From NCBI GenBank assembly GCA_001783715.1, contig MFNF01000017.1, positions 19,366 to 83,365 of the forward strand: a stretch of 64,000 nt of DNA, written 5' to 3'. The notes under the pieces were generated by a model. It searched no databases, had not been told where the DNA came from, and saw only the letters and a list, made by a program, of their open reading frames with translations. The stretch's first letter is position 1, and each line of letters begins with the position of its first letter. Both the position numbers and the translations under genes were made by a program. Positions 35,643-45,530 of the stretch are shown here, piece after piece. Source of the stretch: Candidatus Lambdaproteobacteria bacterium RIFOXYD2_FULL_56_26 (GTDB taxonomy: Bacteria; SAR324; XYD2-FULL-50-16).

Positions 35643-37022
35643 CTATCCCACCGAGGCGTTGGTGGAGATGAAGGTGTGAAAGGGCAACCGCTTGATGTAG
35701 TGAAACATGTAAAGGGAGGAAACCACAAAGGTCAAAACACAGGCGAGGTAATAACCCACCCCATAATACTTGAAACCGTAGCTGAAGGAAATGAAGGTAA
35801 AGGCGGCGTTGGACAGTAAAAACAACCCCTGCAAGCCCATGTAAGCCCGCCTACAGTCAAAGTAAGAAAGAATAATGTTGATAAACAAGGTCATCACCTG
35901 GAAAAAACTACCCAAAACCCCAAACCGGTAGATGCTGATCTGCATATAGTTGACCCCGAAAGCGGTAAAGAACTTGGAGGCCATCAGGATAAAGATCAGG
36001 CTGATCGCCCCTTGGACCACCAAAAAGTTCCTTGAACTCCTCAAAATGGAAAGCAGAATGTTCTCGTGGTTTTCCTTGATCTCGCTCAGCGAGGCCTTGT
36101 GCTGAATGTCCCGGTAAAACTTAAGGTAAGCTTCAAAAAAATTGGTTTCCACCGACATGATAAACATCGCCATGGAGGGAACAATGCTCAGGTAAGCCAG
36201 GAACATGGCGCTGTCGTAGTTGGGGTACAAAAAGAGGTGGGTCGGGCTGTGGTCGCTTTCGGGGGCCTGCCACATGATCCACTTGTCCACCCAGGAAGCG
36301 CTGTTGTAGGTCACCCCCGAAAGGGCCACCTCCCAATACTTTTTGAAATACCCCATAAAGGCAAAAGGCTCCTTGAACCGGTAGGGGTATTCCGCCAAGA
36401 CCCGGGCCACCAAAAGGGCCACGGTCAAACAAAGCCCCAGACTGAAGGCGGACAAAATCCCGATCAGGTCAAAGAGGTCCACCAAAAACGCCGAAGTCAG
36501 CGCCGAAAAGCCCATCCCGGTCCCAAAGGCCAGCAGTACACTTTTGTAATCCTTGATGGCGGTCACAAACACCGACAAAAGCCAGATCTCCGAAATTAGG
36601 ATGAAATTGACGATCGCCGCCAAGGCTAGGCCAGTGCTGATTTGGGCATAAAAGAAGTAAAAGGCCGAGGCCAGCGGCAGTTGGGTGCCGATGATCAGGG
36701 CCGTTCCGCCGATCAGAAGCCCCGGAGTACCTTCCACATCCTTGCGGTAAATGGCATCGGCCAGATAACGGGTGACCACCATAAACACCGGAGCCGAGAA
36801 AACCAGGGAGAAGGAAAAGTTGTAGATGATCACCCGCCGAAATTCCGAGAGGGTCTCGACGGTGGTGAATTTCCCGGCTAGGTAGCTGATGCTGCCCAAG
36901 GAGATGATGGTGAACATCCAAGGGCCGGTGGAGATCAGGGCCGAATAGGCGTAGGCCTGGAACAGCCCCGAAAGGTCGTCTCGCTTGGAAAGTTTGCGTA
37001 GCACAAAGCCAATTCCGGCCAT
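35643..37022 (-). CDS. pelG: Pel polysaccharide biosynthesis membrane protein PelG
   Basis: N-terminus MAGIGFVLRKL...GLFQAYAYSALISTGPW matches the PelG start as recalled. 459 aa, about 12 TM helices. Confidence 0.7.
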   Translation of the reverse strand: MAGIGFVLRKLSKRDDLSGLFQAYAYSALISTGPWMFTIISLGSISYLAGKFTTVETLSEFRRVIIYNFSFSLVFSAPVFMVVTRYLADAIYRKDVEGTPGLLIGGTALIIGTQLPLASAFYFFYAQISTGLALAAIVNFILISEIWLLSVFVTAIKDYKSVLLAFGTGMGFSALTSAFLVDLFDLIGILSAFSLGLCLTVALLVARVLAEYPYRFKEPFAFMGYFKKYWEVALSGVTYNSASWVDKWIMWQAPESDHSPTHLFLYPNYDSAMFLAYLSIVPSMAMFIMSVETNFFEAYLKFYRDIQHKASLSEIKENHENILLSILRSSRNFLVVQGAISLIFILMASKFFTAFGVNYMQISIYRFGVLGSFFQVMTLFINIILSYFDCRRAYMGLQGLFLLSNAAFTFISFSYGFKYYGVGYYLACVLTFVVSSLYMFHYIKRLPFHTFISTNASVG

Positions 37023-38549
37023 TTAGATCTCGCTGGGAAGTCTGGCCCCCACTCGGGCCAAGGTGTCCACGTCCGGCATGGCCAACAGTTCATCGTACAT
37101 CTGCCGGTAGGCTTGGTTTTGCAACTCTTTGCGGTAGTACCGGTCCACCCTGGCCTTGATCGCCCTGCTGCACTGTTCGTACAGCTCTTTTTCCCCCAAG
37201 AGCTTGATCATCGCTTCTCCGATGGCCGAGGGCGAGGCGAGGGGGCAAACGATCCCGCCGGGACCCAACTGTGGGTCTTCGTCGGGCCTGCCGTAAAGCA
37301 GTTCGCTGCAAGAGCCCACATCGGTGGCGATGCTGGGCACCCCAACGGCTCCAGCTTCCAGGATCACCAAGGGCTGGGCTTCCGAAAGGCTGGTGAGGAC
37401 CAAAAGGTCAAATTTGCCCAAGTATTCCTTGATGTTCACCTTGCCCAAAAACAGCACTGTTTCCTCCAGCCCCCCATGGGCCACCAACTCCTTGCATTCC
37501 TCAAAGTACGCCTCGTCCTCTTCGGTCGGCCCCATGATCCAAACCAGTGCTTCGGGAACGGCGGCCTTGAGGAAGGAGCAGGCCCGGATCAGGGTCTTGA
37601 GGTCCTTGATCGGTACCACTCGGCCCAAAAAGCCGACTGTTGGCCTTCCGCCTTGTTTGCGGGGAATCCGGGAATAGGCCTCGTAGTCGATCCCGTTGGG
37701 GATGACCTTGAGCCTCTGGGGGTCAGCCCCATCCTCGATTTGTAGCTCTTTGTTGCCTTCGTAAAGGGTGATGCTGGACTCGGCGACTTGGTAGGCCAGT
37801 TTGGAATAACCGATGAAGCTTTCGATCCAAAAGTCCCGCAGGCTTTTTCGCACCGCCCGTTGGTCCACGTTGAGGTTCAGGGACTGGCGGTCGTCCAGCC
37901 ATTCGGCGGTGCCGATCTCGATCCGCCGTTCGTTGGTGTAGATCCCATGTTCGGTCAACAAACAAGGGCGGCCGCTTTCCAAGGAAGCTCGGGCCAAAAA
38001 GAGCCCGGCGTAGCCGGTACAAAGGGCATGATAACACCGGGACCGGGGCAGCGGGCAGACCAAGACGGAAAAAAGTCCGCCCAACAAGGACCGCCAGGAC
38101 CAAAAGTAGTCCAAAAAGCTGCTGGTGTTTAAGGTTTTTTCGTACATCTGGCACAGCAGGTCAAAGGCCTCGGGGGAGTCGGTCAAGACCTCTCTGCCGA
38201 TTTCCCCTACCTCTTTGAGCAAGGTAACCAGATATTCCAAGTCCTCCAGGCTGGGGTCGGTTTGCAGCTTCAACAGCGGCCCTATTAGGTCCTGCATCAG
38301 CTTCTGCTTGCGTTTTTCGCCCACCTTGGAAAGCCGTTTGGGCAGCTTTTGCAGCTCCACCCGGACGATTTCCTTGACGTTACCGGGGACTTCATAGGCC
38401 ATTTTGGTCTTGAAGCCCGGCGGAACCAGACAAAACAAGGTAAAGGTCAGGTGGGGCTGTTCCTTGATCAAGTCATGGGTCCAACTGGACACGCCGCCCG
38501 AAACGTAAGGGTAGGTCCCTTCCAGCACCAAACAAACATCGGTGGTCAT
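37023..38549 (-). CDS. pelF: Pel polysaccharide GT4 glycosyltransferase PelF
   Basis: DVCLVLEGTYPYVSGGVSSWTHDLI N-terminal block. GT4 C-terminal E..E region LTSLSEAQPLVILEAGAVGVP. Start set at the internal Met (MTTDV) with ATGA overlap to pelE. Confidence 0.7.
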   Translation of the reverse strand: MTTDVCLVLEGTYPYVSGGVSSWTHDLIKEQPHLTFTLFCLVPPGFKTKMAYEVPGNVKEIVRVELQKLPKRLSKVGEKRKQKLMQDLIGPLLKLQTDPSLEDLEYLVTLLKEVGEIGREVLTDSPEAFDLLCQMYEKTLNTSSFLDYFWSWRSLLGGLFSVLVCPLPRSRCYHALCTGYAGLFLARASLESGRPCLLTEHGIYTNERRIEIGTAEWLDDRQSLNLNVDQRAVRKSLRDFWIESFIGYSKLAYQVAESSITLYEGNKELQIEDGADPQRLKVIPNGIDYEAYSRIPRKQGGRPTVGFLGRVVPIKDLKTLIRACSFLKAAVPEALVWIMGPTEEDEAYFEECKELVAHGGLEETVLFLGKVNIKEYLGKFDLLVLTSLSEAQPLVILEAGAVGVPSIATDVGSCSELLYGRPDEDPQLGPGGIVCPLASPSAIGEAMIKLLGEKELYEQCSRAIKARVDRYYRKELQNQAYRQMYDELLAMPDVDTLARVGARLPSEI

Positions 38550-39958
38550 GTCTGCCTCAAGCTTAAAAGGGAAGGTTCGATCCCCGTCCGCCAAAGCTCC
38601 AGGATCTGGGAAATCGCCTCGGTATCCCTAGTGTCGGATGCAGCGGTTTTGGAAAGTTGGCCCAGGTAGTCGTGGACCTCCTGGTAGGCACCCAGTTGAA
38701 AGAGCGCCTGGACGTACCAGAGCCGGATGTTTTGCCAGTCCATCGAACCCTCGGTCAAGCAGCGGTAGATCAAATCTCGGGCCAAGGCGGGTTGGTCGGC
38801 TTGCAGGCACATCCGGCCCAAGGTGAACTGCACCTTGTAGTCTTGAGGGCGGAGTTCCACGTATTTTTTGTAGTAGTCCACCGCCAGTAAAAGCATGTCG
38901 TCATACCGGCTTTCCACCAGGATCCCCGAATAGGCGTAGTTGTCCGCCTGCCGGGCCAGTTCCAGGAGCAAGGGGGCATTTTGCGGGTCTTCCTTGTGGG
39001 CCTTGGTCAGTTCCACCAGTCGGGCCACAAAACCCTGTTCGATCCGGGCCGCTACCGTGGCCGCCTGGACCCGAATGGCGTTACTTTCGTCGGTCAAGGC
39101 CAGTTTGAGGGCTGGGGCAAATTCCTTGCGGAAATGTTTGGCGATTTTGGTCAAGGCCAGACGTTTTTGGGGCATGGTGCCGACCACAAAAACGTCCTGG
39201 AAGCTCATCATGCTTTGTTTTTGGGAAAAATCGTCTTGGCCGCTCAGGATCCGGTGGAACAGGTCTTGGACATCGTCGTCCTCCGGTTCGGGAAACAGGC
39301 TGCCAAACCATTCGGCAAAGCTGTGTTTGACCAGGATCAACCGAGAAAAACTCAAGAAAGCCACCAGATTGCAAAAAGCCCCAAAGGGACCCAGCCCAAT
39401 GACCATCAAGGTCAGGAACATCAAAAATTTAACATCGTACTGCACCTTGTGGAGCCACCAGACGATCAGGCACAGCAGGCTGATGACCAACCCGTGGATC
39501 CCCGCCAATCCGGCAAAGGGAATCGTTTGGTCCTCGAACCAGACCACCCCCAAGGTTTCCAGGCCCAAGGCAAACAAGATCAGCCCCAGGTGCCAAAGCC
39601 AGTCCTGGAGGTCCAAGGATTCGCTGATGTTCTTGGGCCTTGGGTCTTCTTCCTCTTTCCCTTTACGGTTGGAAGTCTGTGCCTTGGGGCTTGGGGCCGG
39701 TAGCGGGCCGGGCTTTTTCCCCTCCGCCGGGGGCAAGGTTTCCGGGCTGGGGACGGGAACCGGCTCGGTCAGGGGGGCAACCGGGGCCAAGGCCTCCACC
39801 GGCTTTACCGGCAAAGCAGGCAAACTTTTTTCGGCAACCGGTTCTTCCATCGGCTTTAAAGGTTCCACCTCAAGGGGAGGTACCGGTTTGGCCCCCTTGC
39901 CGGGCGGGCGAAAGTTGTGGGGTCCGGTCCGCACCGGGGCTTTGGTTTTTTTGGCCAC
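38546..39958 (-). CDS. pelE: PelE-like inner-membrane TPR protein with Pro-rich N-terminal extension
   Basis: TM helices (LILFALGLETLGVVWF..., GLVISLLCLIVWWL, FLMFLTLMVIGLGPFGAFCNLVAFL) followed by TPR-like helices. About 110-aa Pro/Lys-rich N-terminus not present in the PelE architecture as recalled. Confidence 0.5.
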   Translation of the reverse strand: MAKKTKAPVRTGPHNFRPPGKGAKPVPPLEVEPLKPMEEPVAEKSLPALPVKPVEALAPVAPLTEPVPVPSPETLPPAEGKKPGPLPAPSPKAQTSNRKGKEEEDPRPKNISESLDLQDWLWHLGLILFALGLETLGVVWFEDQTIPFAGLAGIHGLVISLLCLIVWWLHKVQYDVKFLMFLTLMVIGLGPFGAFCNLVAFLSFSRLILVKHSFAEWFGSLFPEPEDDDVQDLFHRILSGQDDFSQKQSMMSFQDVFVVGTMPQKRLALTKIAKHFRKEFAPALKLALTDESNAIRVQAATVAARIEQGFVARLVELTKAHKEDPQNAPLLLELARQADNYAYSGILVESRYDDMLLLAVDYYKKYVELRPQDYKVQFTLGRMCLQADQPALARDLIYRCLTEGSMDWQNIRLWYVQALFQLGAYQEVHDYLGQLSKTAASDTRDTEAISQILELWRTGIEPSLLSLRQT

Positions 39959-41323
39959 CTACAACCTCTCCAAGGAGAGTGGCAAAGAAAGGGAGGGATG
40001 CTCCTCCTCCTTGTCCCGGCAAAACTCCTTCAACCGGGCTTCCAGCTCCGCCAACTCCGTTTTGTCCGCCCCCAGGGGGATCAGGGCAAAGGCGCTGTGG
40101 TTGGCCTTGGCGGTAAAAAGCAGCAGGTCCTTGGGGAGGTGGTCTTTGGCAAACTGGACCAGATTTTTGGCCAATCTGATCCGCAAGGTCGGGGCCGACG
40201 GGCCGGATTCGACCAGCAGGATCGAGAAATGATAAACCTCGATCTGGTGTGCTTCAATCACCCGCTCTAGGTAGGACCGGTAGTATTTGTAAAAGTTGTG
40301 GGACAACATCCCCGACTTGGGGTTGTGCATCAGGTTGGTGTAGGCCTTTTGGTACTGCCTGGCTTGGGCGAAGGTGGCCCCGGCCCATTCGAGCATCATC
40401 CTAAAGGTCTCGACGTTGGTCTGGGTGAGCTGCATAAAATCCAGCCGCTCAATCTTGATCATCCCAAAGATACTGTTGTGGATGGGGTCGATCAAGGGAC
40501 CGGCCATGACCCCTTCCTGCTCCAAAATGGCGGCATCCTGGGAGTTGATCACACAGACCACCCGCTGCTGACTGGTCAGTGTCGTGAATAGGGGGGAGTT
40601 GGTGTCAAAGTGGGAGCTGTATTCGTCCTTGTTGAGCCAACCGCTTTGGCTGATCAGCTCGAAGCCGTTGGGGCTGAATAAATAGACCGAAAACTGTTCC
40701 GGTCCGGTGATGGTGCGGACCACTTCGCCGATCCCCCGGAGCAGGAGGACCGGGTTGAGGTTGTCCACCGAACGGACGGCATTGAAGGAGTCGATGGAAC
40801 TACGCAGTTGGCCGACCAACTTGGTTTCCATCGTCTCCTTGATTTCCTTGAGGTGCTTGTAGGCTTTGGCGATTGCCTGCTCCCTGTGGTGGGTCTGGGT
40901 CACTTCTACGAGCAACGTCCGGTTGGACTCCTTGAGCCTCGCCGTCATCTCCCCCACCACCACGGTCGCCACGGTCCACATCATTGGGTTGCCGATCACC
41001 CGCAAGAGGTATTCATACTGGTTTTCGTTGATCGATGGGTTTGGCAGGTTCCAGCCAAGCAGGGCGGCGCTGCAAAACAACATGGCCAAAAGCCCGTCGT
41101 TGGTATTGTACTGGATCGAGACCAAAAGGATGATGATCCAAAAGGGATGGGGTTCCACCTCCCGAAAGCGGTTCCCTGGACCGACCCAATAGTCGATCAC
41201 CCAACAAACTGCCAAAAAGGCCAACACTTCGACCACAGAGGAAATCCGTGGACGGGACTTCATCCGTTGCAAGAAGCGTAAAATCGGGTTTGCGGGCAGG
41301 TCTGCCATCCTTGCGGTCTCCAT
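39959..41323 (-). CDS. pelD: PelD-like c-di-GMP receptor (4TM-GAF-degenerate GGDEF architecture)
   Basis: 454 aa, same size as PelD. 4 N-terminal TM helices and a soluble C-terminal region. Position between pelB and pelE as in pel operons. Confidence 0.5.
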   Translation of the reverse strand: METARMADLPANPILRFLQRMKSRPRISSVVEVLAFLAVCWVIDYWVGPGNRFREVEPHPFWIIILLVSIQYNTNDGLLAMLFCSAALLGWNLPNPSINENQYEYLLRVIGNPMMWTVATVVVGEMTARLKESNRTLLVEVTQTHHREQAIAKAYKHLKEIKETMETKLVGQLRSSIDSFNAVRSVDNLNPVLLLRGIGEVVRTITGPEQFSVYLFSPNGFELISQSGWLNKDEYSSHFDTNSPLFTTLTSQQRVVCVINSQDAAILEQEGVMAGPLIDPIHNSIFGMIKIERLDFMQLTQTNVETFRMMLEWAGATFAQARQYQKAYTNLMHNPKSGMLSHNFYKYYRSYLERVIEAHQIEVYHFSILLVESGPSAPTLRIRLAKNLVQFAKDHLPKDLLLFTAKANHSAFALIPLGADKTELAELEARLKEFCRDKEEEHPSLSLPLSLERL

Positions 41324-41335
41324 AGGGCCAAAGGC

Positions 41336-42862
41336 CTAAAATTTCCAGCGGGCTTCAAGGCCCACTTCGTTGGTGGTACGCCGGTCGATGAACCGAGAGG
41401 CGAAAAAATGAATCTCCAACGCCTTGAGGGAACGGTGGAATAGGTCGATCCCCACCAAGGGGGAGTTTTGACCCAGCCGATTGATCCCATAGCCCAGGTA
41501 TCCTTGGGAGGTGAAGTGCTCGTCCCAATTGATGCTGGCCAGCCCTCGGATCATGTAGGAGTCCTGGTCAAAGCCGGTGGCCAAGCTGTCCAGCCTCACC
41601 TGGGTGGTGTCGGCCTTTTCCTTGGCAAAGTCCAGCTCCAGTTGGGTCAAACAGGCTTTTCCGGTTTTTTCCACCAACCACTTGGGGTTGCGCCAATTGT
41701 ACTGGAGGTAGCCGTCCAGGGCCTGGGTGTGGGCCTTGTTTTCGCCAATCAAAAGATAATCTCGGCTGGAGAGGGCCAGTTTTGCCTCCAGCTTGGGGCC
41801 TACCCGGAGGACCCGTTCCAGCCGGGTTTGGCTCAAGGTGGATGCTCCCAAAAGTCCTTCGGTGATCCCCCAATAAGGGCGGTCCTGGTCCCGGAGGATC
41901 CGGGTTTCCCCCCAAATGTCAAAAGCGGCAGCCTCTAGGGACCGGCCTTTGATTTTTTCTTGGGCCAAGCTTTTGGCCTTGAGGCTGACGTTAAAGGGCA
42001 GGTCAAGGCTGAAGGAAACTTCGGTCCGTTTGATCTGACCTTTTGCTTGGGCCGGGACTTGCGGGGCAATGGGCCGCAGCTCCCGCAAGTCGTATTGGTC
42101 CTGTTCGGCCAAGACTCCGAGCGAGAGATATTGGAAAAACCGCAAGTTGGCTCCCTGGTGGCTGATCCATTCGTAGGAAACCGGGTCGGTCCAGCGGCGC
42201 TTTTTCCCGGCCCAGACCTCGGTGCCCTTTTCCCGCAGGATTTGCCGCCGCAGGTCTTGCAGCCCTTCGTTTTCCGGGGACAAAACCAGGGCTTGGTTGG
42301 CCAGATCAAGCGCCTTGGCCCAGTTGCCCAAGGAAAGCTCCGCTTCGGCCATGGAAGTCAAAACCGAAGTGTTGCCCCGGTTGCTGAGCGCCAGCCCGTT
42401 GAGCGTGTCCATCGCTTGGTCGGCCTTGCCTTGGCGGATCCAAAGCCTCGATTGGACCAGTTTAAAAAGCAGGGTGTTTTCATCAACCGGAACCCTCTTG
42501 GCGTAGGGGTTGACCAACCGCAACCTCAGGGACCGGTCCTCCGAGTGGGTCTCGATCTTCATTTCGGTGGAGAGCTCAAAAAACAAGGAGTCGTAAGACA
42601 GGTTTACGCCCTTGATCCACCCGGCCATGACCGGCTCCGCCGCTTCCAATCCGGGCATCTCCACCTTCTGGTCAAAGGTCACCAACAGTTCCCCCAAATC
42701 CGGGTTGTAGGCGACCTTGGCCTGGGCCGGCTCGGTCCACTTTAGGGTGATCTCAAACACCTCCGGGGATTGGTGCCACAAAAACTCCACCTCCAGGGCC
42801 TTCAAGGGCAAGGGGAGGCAGACCAAAAACCAGACCAAAAGCGCCAAAGGTTTAGTGCGCAC
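41336..42862 (-). CDS. outer-membrane beta-barrel protein with its own signal peptide (PelB C-terminal porin-like, encoded separately)
   Basis: Signal peptide MRTKPLALLVWFLVCLPLPLKALE. C-terminal ...GLEARWKF has the terminal aromatic residue typical of OMP barrels. Start overlaps the stop of the TPR gene by 11 nt. Confidence 0.45.
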   Translation of the reverse strand: MRTKPLALLVWFLVCLPLPLKALEVEFLWHQSPEVFEITLKWTEPAQAKVAYNPDLGELLVTFDQKVEMPGLEAAEPVMAGWIKGVNLSYDSLFFELSTEMKIETHSEDRSLRLRLVNPYAKRVPVDENTLLFKLVQSRLWIRQGKADQAMDTLNGLALSNRGNTSVLTSMAEAELSLGNWAKALDLANQALVLSPENEGLQDLRRQILREKGTEVWAGKKRRWTDPVSYEWISHQGANLRFFQYLSLGVLAEQDQYDLRELRPIAPQVPAQAKGQIKRTEVSFSLDLPFNVSLKAKSLAQEKIKGRSLEAAAFDIWGETRILRDQDRPYWGITEGLLGASTLSQTRLERVLRVGPKLEAKLALSSRDYLLIGENKAHTQALDGYLQYNWRNPKWLVEKTGKACLTQLELDFAKEKADTTQVRLDSLATGFDQDSYMIRGLASINWDEHFTSQGYLGYGINRLGQNSPLVGIDLFHRSLKALEIHFFASRFIDRRTTNEVGLEARWKF

Positions 42863-45530
42863 CGATCAACTCCTCTGCTTCATCGATCTTTCCCACTTCC
42901 AAAAGCAGGTTGGCCAAGTTGGCCTTGAGCGAAATTTCCAAGGGATGGGAAGCGATCAGCTCCTTGTAAATGCCGATGGTTTTTTCCCGTTGTTTTTGGT
43001 CCCAGTAGATTTGGGCCATGATCAATTTGGATTCCATGTCGTTTTTGGCCGAAACCTTCAGGATAGCCAAGGCTTCCAGGGACAATTCCTTGCCCCTGGG
43101 GTCTTCCTTGCGGTTGAGCAGTTGGCCCAAGTAAAAATAGACCTTTGCGTCCACCAACCCCTGGGCGATCGCCTCGTTGAAGTATCCTTCCGCATCGGTA
43201 AACCGGCCTTGGTTGTAAGCGGTGATCCCCAGTTGGGCGATCGATTCCTTGTCGGTGGGCATCAAGACCAGCAGTTTCTTGAAGGCTTTTTCTGCCAGCG
43301 GTTGATTCCCGGCCATGTTGGCCAGCTTTTTGAGCCGTTCCAGGTCCGTTTCTTCGGCCACCGCCAACGACAGTTTCTCAAAGAACTTGGCCCGGTTGGG
43401 CTGGCCTTGCAGATATTCCAGGTAAAGGTCCATCAGCGGTTTGTTGTCCTGGTGTTGGCCTTTCTCCACCGCTTCGACCAACCGCTCCCCTTGGCCAACC
43501 TGGATCAACCGCCGGTACCAGCCCACCTGATCCTTGGGCTCCGCCTTGTTCAACCGGGCCACCAGCCAGTCGATCTTTTCGGGTGCCGGTCGAAGCCCCC
43601 AGAGAAACAACAGTTGTTCCACCGCACTGCTTTGGGGGCCTTCGTTCTGGGCTTGGGACAAAAAGATCTCTTCCGCTTCGGTTTTATAGCTTTTGTCCAA
43701 GAAAATGAAGGCAATCTCCTGGCGGCGTTGTTGGGTCACCCCAGGGTGCTTGGCTTCGTTGAGCCAGATTTGTCGCCATTCTTCCTTCCTGCCCAGAGCA
43801 TAAAGGGTTTCGGCATAAGGCTCAAGCCATTCGGCTTTGTTTTTGCCGTAGAGCCGCTGCAAAAGGACCAGAGCCGCTGGGTAGTCCTGGTTGAGCAAAA
43901 GACCGTTGGCCAAGTACCCGTTCGCTTCCTCGGAGGGTTGGGCCTTGGCAAACCACTGGGCCGCTTCCAGGGCCAAGGGGCGGCGGGAAAAACGAACCCC
44001 GGCAAAGTAGAGCTGCCGGTAAAGGTCCAGCGGCGGATTTTCCAGGCCTTTGACCGTGGCCCGGATGGAGTCGGTTTGGCCAAGGGCGGCTTGGTTGAGC
44101 ATCCAAGCATAGAGGATCGGGAGCTGGAAAACCAACTCCTTGCCCGCCACCCGGTGTTTTTCCTGGTCGATCAAGCGGCTGGCTTGTGCGGAGAGGCCAT
44201 AGGTGATGTACATTTCGATGACCTCGACCATGTCCAAGAACCTTACATCCGCCAGACTGGTCACCCGCTCCAATTGCCCCTTCGCTTGGGGGCCAAAGGC
44301 CAGCTCGTGGTAAACTCGGGCCAAGAAGATCTTGCGCCAGTCTTCCAAATTGCCGTTGCGGTCCACCGCTAGGCTTGCCGCTGCCGCATTGGGTCCTTGG
44401 CCGACCACCTCCAAAACTGCGCCTACCAGCCACTGCTCGGCCAAGTAGGTTTTGGACAATCTGGCCTTGAGGGCCAGGGCTTCGGGGTAGAGCCGGAGCT
44501 GCATCATTCGCTTGGCCAGCCGCAACAGGTGCCCTTCGGTCAAGACCGAAAGGTTCCCGTATTGGACGAATTCCTTGACCCTCGGCCCATCGTCCCGGTC
44601 GAGCAGAAGTTCCAGGTAGGTTTGGGTCAAACCGGCGGGCAGGGTCCCGGCCTTGAAGTTGCGGGACATCCGTTCATAGGCCTTGTCCTGCATCCCTTGG
44701 GCGATTTGGATGCTCACCAAGGCCAAGAGAATCCCTTCGGGCAGTTTTTCTTGGGTTTCATAGGGCTGCAACAGCCGGTAGGCCAAGGGCAAAGCCCCCC
44801 GGTTGCGAAACAACAGGCTGATCCGCTCCAGGTAATGGCCTTTTTTTCCCTGGATCACCTGGAGCGCAAAGTCCAGCGCTTGGTCGGCCCGGCCCAGGTC
44901 CAACATGATGCTCAAGGCGAATTCCACCTCCCCGGACTCCATCTCTTGGAACCGGTTGTCGATCAATTGCTCCACCACCTGGTAAACCTCGTCAAACCGC
45001 TTTTGGGAGGCAAAAAGGTAGGCCAGGTTGATGTAGTCTTCATGGTCCGGGTGGAATTCCGCAATGATCCTTTGCAGCGCCAACACCTGTAGGTCGTATT
45101 CTTCGTTGTAGTTGTAGATCTGCGCCAGCTCCCGCAACAGCTCCTTGCTGGGGACCAGCCTGCTGATCGCCTCCAGGTTTCTTTGGTAGTCCGCCGGTCG
45201 CTGGGCGTAACGGTAGTAGGTGCTCAGCCGGTAGCGGACCTCCAATTCGTTGGGCAGCTGGTAGAGGTTCTCTTCCAAAACCTTGATTGCCTTGTCCACC
45301 ATGCCGTACTGGAGGTAAAGGTCGCAAAGCGGGCCGATCATCGAGGGAGAGCGGCTGCCCGCCTCATACTGCGCCTCGTACCGGGCCAGGGCGTTTTTAA
45401 AGTTTTTGTCCTTGAAGTTGAGGAAGGCCACTTCATCGTCCGAAGGGACCATCAGGTATCCCCCGGCCAGCCCCAGGAAAGCCAGGGAAAAAACTGCATA
45501 ACGAATGTACAGGGTCCGCTGTAGGATCAT
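42852..45530 (-). CDS. large TPR-repeat protein with N-terminal membrane anchor (PelB N-terminal TPR scaffold-like)
   Basis: 892 aa, about 20 TPR-like units; N-terminal hydrophobic anchor YAVFSLAFLGLAGGYLMV. Immediately upstream of the beta-barrel gene. Confidence 0.5.
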   Translation of the reverse strand: MILQRTLYIRYAVFSLAFLGLAGGYLMVPSDDEVAFLNFKDKNFKNALARYEAQYEAGSRSPSMIGPLCDLYLQYGMVDKAIKVLEENLYQLPNELEVRYRLSTYYRYAQRPADYQRNLEAISRLVPSKELLRELAQIYNYNEEYDLQVLALQRIIAEFHPDHEDYINLAYLFASQKRFDEVYQVVEQLIDNRFQEMESGEVEFALSIMLDLGRADQALDFALQVIQGKKGHYLERISLLFRNRGALPLAYRLLQPYETQEKLPEGILLALVSIQIAQGMQDKAYERMSRNFKAGTLPAGLTQTYLELLLDRDDGPRVKEFVQYGNLSVLTEGHLLRLAKRMMQLRLYPEALALKARLSKTYLAEQWLVGAVLEVVGQGPNAAAASLAVDRNGNLEDWRKIFLARVYHELAFGPQAKGQLERVTSLADVRFLDMVEVIEMYITYGLSAQASRLIDQEKHRVAGKELVFQLPILYAWMLNQAALGQTDSIRATVKGLENPPLDLYRQLYFAGVRFSRRPLALEAAQWFAKAQPSEEANGYLANGLLLNQDYPAALVLLQRLYGKNKAEWLEPYAETLYALGRKEEWRQIWLNEAKHPGVTQQRRQEIAFIFLDKSYKTEAEEIFLSQAQNEGPQSSAVEQLLFLWGLRPAPEKIDWLVARLNKAEPKDQVGWYRRLIQVGQGERLVEAVEKGQHQDNKPLMDLYLEYLQGQPNRAKFFEKLSLAVAEETDLERLKKLANMAGNQPLAEKAFKKLLVLMPTDKESIAQLGITAYNQGRFTDAEGYFNEAIAQGLVDAKVYFYLGQLLNRKEDPRGKELSLEALAILKVSAKNDMESKLIMAQIYWDQKQREKTIGIYKELIASHPLEISLKANLANLLLEVGKIDEAEELIGAH